Shown here piece after piece: positions 56,671-64,000 of a stretch of DNA of 64,000 nucleotides. The stretch is taken from the NCBI GenBank assembly GCA_965242965.1, contig OZ251518.1, forward strand, positions 832,001 to 896,000. The letters run 5' to 3'. Below the pieces are notes generated by a model that searched no databases, was not told the origin of the DNA, and saw nothing but the letters and a program-made list of their open reading frames with translations. The translations under genes and the position numbers were made by a program. This DNA comes from Candidatus Poribacteria bacterium (GTDB taxonomy: Bacteria > Poribacteria > WGA-4E > WGA-3G). Within the stretch, counting starts at the first letter, position 1; each line of letters begins with the position of its first letter.

Positions 56671-59658
56671 GAGGACGATGCCGCGGGCGGCGAGGAACTC
56701 CCGTTCACGCGATAAGGCACAGGCATCTTCCGCTGACGTGCCAGGGATGCCGTATTCGGCGCGCTCCTTTGCCAAATCTGTCTTACTTTTTTTTACGCCA
56801 CGAATGCTCGGTTCAGCGGCTAGCATTTCACGGAAAGGCTGCATCGCCGCGTGAACAGCAGGCTCATTGATGCCGAGTATCGTCAGCACCCATGCATCCA
56901 AAACCGCGCGCCACTCGTCGACAGCGCACTCGTTATACGGCAGGAATCGACGCGTCTTGATACGCTCCAGCACCACCTCCGCCTCCGCCAACTGTGCATC
57001 GTCAAGTTGACTGACATTGAGGGTAGGAAGAAACTCCAGAGCTCCAAGAGATGTCCTACCACGTTCCTTCTGCTGTTTACCGGCAAACATCCAATGCAAA
57101 AGCAACCCCAGAGAAGAATTCGCCCAGAGTGTCCACATCGCTTCATGCGACGGGTTGTCAAACCGAGCATTCGTCATCGAACTGACACCGAGGGATGGCC
57201 GTTCTGTCCAAGTTGCAAGCATCGAGTTGGCTGAATACGTAATATTGAGATGATAATGCGCGCGACTCATAAGTTTACGAATCTCATTCGCCTTCTTAAT
57301 CTTCGCAGGCTTCGCCTTCGCCTTGTAGTCGGGTTTTGACACAATTGCGCGCTGCGTCTCGGCTTGCGTCTGCCATAATGCATCAGTTCCTTCGTTTGGT
57401 GACTGCGCATAGGGATACATCTCAAACGCACCCATAGTCTTATGCTTAATAACGGTGTGACTTATTCCCCTCTGCGCAATCTCCTTAAACTCGCAAATCG
57501 GAACGGAGATTCCCTCTGCGGTTTCAGGTAAGTGTAACACACTATTTTCTAGATGGCGCCCTACTTGCACTAATTGAAGCGATACTGTCCGTGTCGCGCT
57601 CCATGCGGAAGTGTTCAGCGGGCAATCTAGCATTTTCCCGATAGTTGTCTCGCCTATACGAAGTGTGTCACTGCCTTCAGGTGTATCTTCAAGGCGACGT
57701 GTTGCAGGCATCTCCCGAATTTCCCTTGCCAGCATTTCAGCCGAAATCAGGTCTGCGGGACGTTCTGTAATGCAGACGAACTTTGCGCGTCCTGTATTCT
57801 CGCCTACGCCTTTCGTTGCTACCACGATGCATTCTGCCATCCCCGTATCGTGAGAGAATGCGCAATCATATATTTCTGCTGCTGCAACCGTAACCACGAT
57901 CACGTCGTGATATTCTGTCGCCCATAGTTTTCGCGCCTTCTCTCCTGCGGTGCCGGACAGGGTTGCGATGGGTAAGATAAATCCCATCCGTCCATCGTCA
58001 CGCAATTTCAAGTCGGCGAGTTCGACGAAATAGGAGCCGAGTCCGTTAGCCATGTCGCCGACTCTCGGATTTTTCGTCTTAAGTGCGGCGAGCATCGCTT
58101 TTTTATCATCGTGCGTATGTCCGCTACCGTCAAATGCGGTTTTCTTGACCTGGCTGTTGCTATCGGCATTAGCGGCGGCAAACGGCGGATTCTGTATTAT
58201 GATATCAAACTCGCCGTTGGCAAAGGTCCGTTTGAAGTCTACCGTTACCCCGCGGTGCCCGCCGAGCTGCTCTGCTTGATGCGTGAGTTCGGAGATTTCA
58301 AGTTGTTCGCTGTCGAGCAATTCGAGTGAGCCGATGGCGTATGTCCTGTCTTCCTGTTCGCCGTAGGGAGCGGTAATTACCCTTGTTGCGCCGAGTATCT
58401 CCTTTGGAAACGCGCCTGCCATCGCTGCGAATGTCAGGTGTGTGCAGTGCGGGTAGATGTCACTGCCGGCGAGGTTATTTTCCAGCATCTCGACGTGGAT
58501 GTCGCGTGGGTTATTGCCTTGCACTTCATGGAGCCGCTGGATACGTTTGTAAACGCCGTTCAGGAGCGCGCCTGTCCCGCACGCCAGGTCTGCCACTTTC
58601 GGTAAGGTGTCATCTTCGGGCAAGTTTGGACAGACAAGTGCGGAGAGCAAAGCCGCGCTTTCTGGCAATGTGTAGTTTGCCTTGACAAACTTGCGATCTA
58701 CGATAAGTTCTTGGAGGACTATGCCGAGGAGTTCATGAACTTGTCCCAGTTGCGTTTCGTTGACTCGCAGTGCGGCGTTGCATAACGATTGCAACACCGT
58801 GTTAACGCGCATGTCATACTTGGCGATTGCGTTGACAAGCGATACCGCCACCTTGAAAATGGGGTAGTAGTTGACTTCGAGGATCCAGTTCCAGTCGTCA
58901 ACAACTTCGCGCCAGTCGGTGTTATGCGAGTGCCAATTCGGGGAACGGACTTCGCCGAGTTCCTCGTAGTTTTCGTCGTTCCCGGCTATTGCGGATTGAA
59001 AAGCGAACGCCTCCATGATGATTAAGCAGGACATCCGATATGTCTGAATTCCGGAGGGTTGGTTTAAAATTCCTGCGAGTTCTTCGCCGATGGCGGGGTG
59101 GTGTTTCACGGCTTTCTGCAGTTCGTCGGCTGCGGCGTTAATCTCCTGTTCGAGTTTCTCCGTTGCTGCAGTCAGCGTTTCCATTGGCACTGCGCCGAGG
59201 TGCAATGCCATCGCTACGTCGGCTAGCGAGCCTTTGGCGAATCCTGCGCGCGGGAAGCGCGTTTCTCCATCCCGATATCGGTTTATCAGCATGTATTCAA
59301 ATTCGGTGCAGGCTGCAACCGCTTTTTCGAGTTGTGCTTCTGGCTCTTCCTTCAAGTAGACAGGATATTTGAGTGCCATTACTGCCTGCACGCTGTTGCC
59401 GTATTCGTTGAACGGGGGTTTCAGTTTTTTGCCGAAATGCGAGCGCGCTTGTGCTAGGACATCGTTCGTCTTGGCTTGGCTGTCCGCCCATTTCGCCTCA
59501 ATGACGATTGGGTGGTGACTCGCCTTTGTCATGAAGATGTCGGGCCGGCGGGCCTGATTGACTAGGACGCGTTCTTCTGTGCGGAGCGTCCAAGATTGAC
59601 TCTTTTGCTGAAGAATTGGTGCGACTTTCTGTGTAATTTTTTCTTCGATGTGTGCCAT
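56647..59658 (-). CDS. Type IIG-like fused restriction endonuclease / DNA amino-methyltransferase
   Basis: N-terminal RPDI...IEAKW (PD-(D/E)xK), ADLACGTGALL (motif I), IQNPPF (motif IV), GRMGFILP. TTGACA-17-TATCAT promoter at 59692-59720. Confidence 0.85.
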   Translation of the reverse strand: MAHIEEKITQKVAPILQQKSQSWTLRTEERVLVNQARRPDIFMTKASHHPIVIEAKWADSQAKTNDVLAQARSHFGKKLKPPFNEYGNSVQAVMALKYPVYLKEEPEAQLEKAVAACTEFEYMLINRYRDGETRFPRAGFAKGSLADVAMALHLGAVPMETLTAATEKLEQEINAAADELQKAVKHHPAIGEELAGILNQPSGIQTYRMSCLIIMEAFAFQSAIAGNDENYEELGEVRSPNWHSHNTDWREVVDDWNWILEVNYYPIFKVAVSLVNAIAKYDMRVNTVLQSLCNAALRVNETQLGQVHELLGIVLQELIVDRKFVKANYTLPESAALLSALVCPNLPEDDTLPKVADLACGTGALLNGVYKRIQRLHEVQGNNPRDIHVEMLENNLAGSDIYPHCTHLTFAAMAGAFPKEILGATRVITAPYGEQEDRTYAIGSLELLDSEQLEISELTHQAEQLGGHRGVTVDFKRTFANGEFDIIIQNPPFAAANADSNSQVKKTAFDGSGHTHDDKKAMLAALKTKNPRVGDMANGLGSYFVELADLKLRDDGRMGFILPIATLSGTAGEKARKLWATEYHDVIVVTVAAAEIYDCAFSHDTGMAECIVVATKGVGENTGRAKFVCITERPADLISAEMLAREIREMPATRRLEDTPEGSDTLRIGETTIGKMLDCPLNTSAWSATRTVSLQLVQVGRHLENSVLHLPETAEGISVPICEFKEIAQRGISHTVIKHKTMGAFEMYPYAQSPNEGTDALWQTQAETQRAIVSKPDYKAKAKPAKIKKANEIRKLMSRAHYHLNITYSANSMLATWTERPSLGVSSMTNARFDNPSHEAMWTLWANSSLGLLLHWMFAGKQQKERGRTSLGALEFLPTLNVSQLDDAQLAEAEVVLERIKTRRFLPYNECAVDEWRAVLDAWVLTILGINEPAVHAAMQPFREMLAAEPSIRGVKKSKTDLAKERAEYGIPGTSAEDACALSREREFLAARGIVLPGLDAIP

Positions 59659-59744
59659 TTTTTGGGTTCCTTTGGAGGTTTATTTTTAATTATGATACCA
59701 TAAAGGGGTTGAAATGTCAATTTTTTCCGTTTTTTCTCATTTGA

Positions 59745-60565
59745 AGGATCGCGGGGGACAGGCCCCCGCGCTACGGTAAAATAACGGTTTTTGAGCTCGA
59801 TAAAAACGCCCTTTCATCGTAGGGCGAGGGCCTGTCCCTCGCCATGCCTCGCGCGAGGGAAAATACGTCTTTTCCTCATTTGAAGGATCACGGGGGACAG
59901 GCCCCCGCGCTACGGTGAAAAAAAACGCCATCCTTCCTCGTAGGGCGAGGGCCTGTCCCTCGCCATCGTTCACGCTGCCAGACCCCTTCCCCTCTGTAGG
60001 TCAAGAGCGCCTGCTCTTGACCCGTTTGTGATTAGGCGATCACAAACTACAGAAGGGAAACTGTCCCTCGCCAGTGCTCGCGCAATCCAACGATCGCGGG
60101 GGACAGGCCCCCGCGCTACGGTGAAAACAAACGCCTTCCGTTATCGTAGGGCGAGGGCCTGTCCCTCGCCATCGTTCACGCTGCCAGACCCCTTCCCCCC
60201 TCTGTAGGTCAAGAGCGCCTGCTCTTGACCCGTTTGTGATCAGGCGATCACAAACTACAGAAGGGGAACACGCATCGTGCCGATAGAGATCGCGGGGGAC
60301 AGGCCCCCGCGCTACGGTGAAAATAACGCCTGCCTTAAAAAACGCCTGTCCCTCGCCATCGTTTTGCTGCCAGACCCCTTCCCCCCTCTGTAGGTCAAGA
60401 GCGCCTGCTCTTGACCTGTTTGTGATCAGGCGATCACAAACTACAGAAGGGAACTGTCCCTCGCTAGTGTTCGCGTACTCCAACGATCGCGGGGGACAGG
60501 CCCCCGCGCTACGGTGAACAATGGGGCTTTGAGAGATCGCGGGGGACAGGCCCCCGCGCTACGAT
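59745..60565. repeat. Mosaic REP cluster with three copies of a ~120-bp A-B-B' supermodule
   Basis: Copies near 59939-60057, 60145-60265 and 60345-60450. Confidence 0.92.
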
Positions 60566-60607
60566 AAAAAAAACGGTTCTTGAGCCATCGCTACGGGGCC
60601 AGGCAGG

Positions 60608-61828
60608 TTATTTCGTATTTCGCATGGAAACGACCCGCGTTAAAATCTTATCAGCGACGGCGCGTTTGGAGAGACGCGGGAGCTGTTCGCACGTGCCATC
60701 CCAATCTAATAAGGTGACAATGTTCGTATCTACCTCAAACCCTGCACCCTCGGCGAGAATATCGTTCGCGACGATGAGATCGCAGTTTTTTCGGACTAAT
60801 TTTTCTTTCGCGTTGGCAAGCAGTTCTTCCGTTTCGGCGGCGAAGCAGACAAGAAATTGGTGCGTTTTCCGTTCGCCGAGGTCCTGCGCGATATCCGGAT
60901 TCCTTTCAAACGTGAGCGCCAATGTCAACGGCGAGTCTGTCTTCTTTATTTTCTGCGGTGCGCGTTGCGTTGGCCGATAATCGGCGGGTGCCGCCGCCAT
61001 CACGACGATGTCTGTCTCGTCGAAAGCGCGCAAGACTTCCTCGTGCATCTCCACCGTAGTCCCGACGCGCCGAGTCTCAATGCCGCCGGGGGCCGGCACG
61101 GTGGTATGCCCACAGATGAGTAGCACCTCGGCACCGCGGGCTTTCGCCGCCGCCGCGATGGCGTATCCCATCTTGCCGCTGGAAGGATTCGTGATAAAGC
61201 GGCCCGGGTCGATGTATTCGCGCGTCGCCCCGGCAGTAACCAGCACCCGTATCCCTTGCAAATCGGCGTTTTCCTGAAAGCGCGCGCCGAGGATTTCAGT
61301 GGCGCGTTGGAGGATAACGTCTACCGTATTCAGTCTGCCAACGCCTTCATAACCGCAGGCTAAATCGCCGCTGGCGGGTTCAACGAAGTGGACCCCGTGC
61401 GTTTTCAGCGTCTCCATATTCCGTTGCACCATCGGATTGTGGTACATGTGTCCGTTCATCGCGGGTGCGAGGAGTATCGGGCAATGCACGGAAATAGCGA
61501 CGGTAGAGAGCGCGTCATCGGCGATGCCGTTCGCCATTTTCCCGATGATGTTGGCAGTCGCCGGCACGATAATGAGCAACGCGCCGTTGTCAGCGAGTTC
61601 GATGTGGGGAGGCTTCCAATCTGTCCCTGCGGCAAACAGGTCTGACAACACTGGGTTTCGTGAGATAACTTGGAATTGCAGCGGCTGCACGAGGCGCGTG
61701 GCGTTGGGTGTCATCACGGTATGCACATCGGCACCGCGCTTGACGAGTTGACTCGCCAGGTCTAGCGATTTGTGGATGGCGATGCCGCCGGTAACGCCTA
61801 AGATGATTGTGTGGTTGCTGAGTTCCAT
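60608..61828 (-). CDS. coaBC: Bifunctional phosphopantothenoylcysteine decarboxylase / ligase
   Basis: GVTGGIA, PATANIIGK, APAMN, LACGYEGVGR, VTAGATRE, SSGKMG, FAAET. Confidence 0.97.
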   Translation of the reverse strand: MELSNHTIILGVTGGIAIHKSLDLASQLVKRGADVHTVMTPNATRLVQPLQFQVISRNPVLSDLFAAGTDWKPPHIELADNGALLIIVPATANIIGKMANGIADDALSTVAISVHCPILLAPAMNGHMYHNPMVQRNMETLKTHGVHFVEPASGDLACGYEGVGRLNTVDVILQRATEILGARFQENADLQGIRVLVTAGATREYIDPGRFITNPSSGKMGYAIAAAAKARGAEVLLICGHTTVPAPGGIETRRVGTTVEMHEEVLRAFDETDIVVMAAAPADYRPTQRAPQKIKKTDSPLTLALTFERNPDIAQDLGERKTHQFLVCFAAETEELLANAKEKLVRKNCDLIVANDILAEGAGFEVDTNIVTLLDWDGTCEQLPRLSKRAVADKILTRVVSMRNTK

Positions 61829-61852
61829 GTTGTGCTGCCTTTATAGTTAAAT

Positions 61853-62281
61853 GAGGGTGTTTCATAATTCCGTTTCGGATTTATCCCGCCTTGGAGGGTG
61901 GGATAACACCAGAAGGCATCGGGCCCACCTCTGTAGTTCGGGATCGCCCGATCCCGAACGGGTCAGGAGCAGGCGATCCTGACCTACAGGGGTGATGCGC
62001 TCTGCCAGCCAAACGCATGGCGAGGGACAGGCCCTCGCCCTACGGTAACCCGGGGCGTTTTTTTCTGTCGATCCGTTCGGGATCAGGCGATCCCGAACTA
62101 CGGTCTTTTCCAAGGTCTGGGCACGGCGAGGGAAACCCGCTCGGATGCGCGTGTGGCATGCGAGGGCCCAAGCCCTACGCGAAGGGGTGGCGTTTTTTTA
62201 TCGCAGCGCGGGGCCCTCGGATGCCACACGCGCATCCGAGAGGGTTTCACCGCGACGTTGAGCGAGTTATGAAACACCCTC
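61853..62281. mobile_element. MITE-like element filled with REP modules
   Basis: Perfect 15-bp TIRs GAGGGTGTTTCATAA / TTATGAAACACCCTC; exact 8-bp flanking repeat AGTTAAAT at 61845-61852 and 62282-62289. Confidence 0.8.
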
Positions 62282-62378
62282 AGTTAAATGCATCGAGACC
62301 AGGAGGTCTCTCCTACTCCCCATCTGTAGTTTGTGATCGCCTGATCACAAACGATGCATCGAGACCAGGAGGGCTCTC

Positions 62379-63023
62379 CTACCGAGTGAATCGTTGATTA
62401 ATTGTTTTCACCAAACCTGCGTCGATTCGGCAACGTTCCGCCGCAATAATCGCCTGAATCTGAGCCACAGCCTGTTTTATCCCACCGTCATGGTTAGTAA
62501 CGCAATAGTCGTAGTGCTGAATTTGGGCGATTTCGGATGCCGCGATGTCCAAGCGTTGCATCAGTTCCGATTCCGATTCCGTTTTCCTGCCGCGGAGTCG
62601 TTTCTCCAAATCGGCAAACGATGCAGGGACGATGAAGATGAGTAGACTCCTAACAGTTCCATGTCCTATCCGTTGGCGCGCTTGTAGCGCGCCTTGGACT
62701 TCGATCTCCAAAACCGAGGCTTTCCCTGCGTTTTGTCCGAGCGCGATTTCAGACATGAGTGTGCCGTAGAAATTGCCGCCGTATTCTGCCCATTCGAGGA
62801 ACCCTTCCTGCTGAATCAGTTCCTCAAATTCGGATTTTGACAGAAAGTGATAGTCCACGCCGTCCACTTCGCGTGGGCGCGGCGTGCGCGTCGTTGCGGA
62901 AACGGCGAGTCTCAACGTCTCATCTGCTTTGCAGAGTGCATTGACGACGGTGCTTTTACCGGAGCCCGAAGGACCCGAAATAACGACGACTAAATTGGGT
63001 TGATAGAAATCCTTATGTGCCAC
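62379..63023 (-). CDS. gmk: Guanylate kinase
   Basis: SGPSGSGKST, SATTRTPR..EVDGVDYHF, FLEWAEY.GNFYGT, EIEVQGA. Confidence 0.97.
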   Translation of the reverse strand: MAHKDFYQPNLVVVISGPSGSGKSTVVNALCKADETLRLAVSATTRTPRPREVDGVDYHFLSKSEFEELIQQEGFLEWAEYGGNFYGTLMSEIALGQNAGKASVLEIEVQGALQARQRIGHGTVRSLLIFIVPASFADLEKRLRGRKTESESELMQRLDIAASEIAQIQHYDYCVTNHDGGIKQAVAQIQAIIAAERCRIDAGLVKTINQRFTR

Positions 63024-63038
63024 GACGATTTTCTGCGC

Positions 63039-63497
63039 TCAACCCGCCGCATCCTCAAGTTCTAACAGCACCGGGGATTCAATGCGAATTGCATCTTTGA
63101 TGCAGACTTCTTCACAGAGTTTGCATCCGACGCAGTCCTTCGGTTTGACGAGTTCGCAAATTCCGAAGAAACTTTCGGCATGTTCGCCCGTCTCGGGGTC
63201 TTTCAGTTCGAGGCAGTCCCACGGACAGATATGGACGCAGAAGTCGCATCCGGAGCAGAGTTCTTCGTAGATAACGGCGATAGGACGGTGCGTTGGGCGG
63301 CGAATGAATTTGCAGACTTCGCCGAACTGGTCGCGGATTGCCTCTACCGGGCAAACCATCCCGCACGCGCTGCAATCAATACAGACACCCGGGTCGATGA
63401 TGTGCAACATATTCCGGTCGCCGGTAATCGCATCGACCGGGCAATTGGTAAGGCACGCCATGCACCCGATACATTCATCAGTGATATAATAGGCCAT
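63039..63497 (-). CDS. 4Fe-4S polyferredoxin (four cluster motifs)
   Basis: Four CxxCxxCxxxC motifs. Confidence 0.92.
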   Translation of the reverse strand: MAYYITDECIGCMACLTNCPVDAITGDRNMLHIIDPGVCIDCSACGMVCPVEAIRDQFGEVCKFIRRPTHRPIAVIYEELCSGCDFCVHICPWDCLELKDPETGEHAESFFGICELVKPKDCVGCKLCEEVCIKDAIRIESPVLLELEDAAG

Positions 63498-63654
63498 CAG
63501 TTGTTTACCTCCGATTCTATTTTACCACAAGGTTTGTGGATTTTCAAGGTGTATTTTCGGTTTCTGTTGTGTAAGGTCCTCAGCACAGATTCATGATATT
63601 ATATATTATACCTAATTTGCAGAAAAAATGCAATGAAAAAAATGCTGTCGTTTC

Positions 63655-64000
63655 ATCGTAGGGCGGTAGGAAAACCTGTCCCTCGCGATGCATTTTGGTG
63701 TCAGACCGCATCACTCCTGTAGGTCAAGATCGCCTGATCTTGACCCGTTCGGGAGCAGGCACTCCCGAACTACAGAGGTGGGCGATGCCTTCCGGTAGGA
63801 GAGACCTCCTGGTCTCGATGTTCCCGTAGCGCGGGGGCCTGTCCCCCGCGATCTCCATCGTTACGATGTGTGTCCCCCCTGTAGTTTGTGATCGCCTGAT
63901 CACAAACAGGTCAGGATCGCTTGGCAAAGATGCCAGAGCTTCAGACGATCCTGCCCTACAGGGCCCGGCGCGTGAACGATAGCGAGGGACAGGCCCTCGC
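63655..64000. repeat. REP-like cluster (A, B, C), truncated by the window end
   Basis: Same modules as the other clusters. Confidence 0.88.

Overview
Bacterial chromosomal window, probably Candidatus Poribacteria or a related sponge symbiont. This is an inference from the Uma2 and Rpn nucleases, trypsin-TPR proteins and a lamin-tail surface protein ending in an LTTFGALK-type motif. Housekeeping genes include uvrC, trmB, glnD, purF, purM, rsmA, glnT/gmaS, coaBC, gmk and a ferredoxin. Envelope and uptake genes include a MacAB-like set, TonB, three tandem TonB-dependent receptors and a CBM9/DUF5916 protein. Defence loci are a type II Thoeris pair (TIR plus TM-Macro), an Rpn nuclease with a duplicated C-terminal module, and a type IIG-like restriction-modification fusion. 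The most striking feature is non-coding: about 20 intergenic clusters are built from several GTAG-footed REP-like hairpin families whose stems covary. Two clusters are enclosed by GAGGGTGTTTCATA terminal inverted repeats with flanking direct repeats (MITE-like carriers). Some hairpins sit in frame inside proteins or supply stop codons. A ~570-nt structured leader ending in a terminator precedes the large surface-protein gene. I found no RAYT or other transposase, cas, tRNA or rRNA gene. All calls are from motif recognition; no database searches were run.
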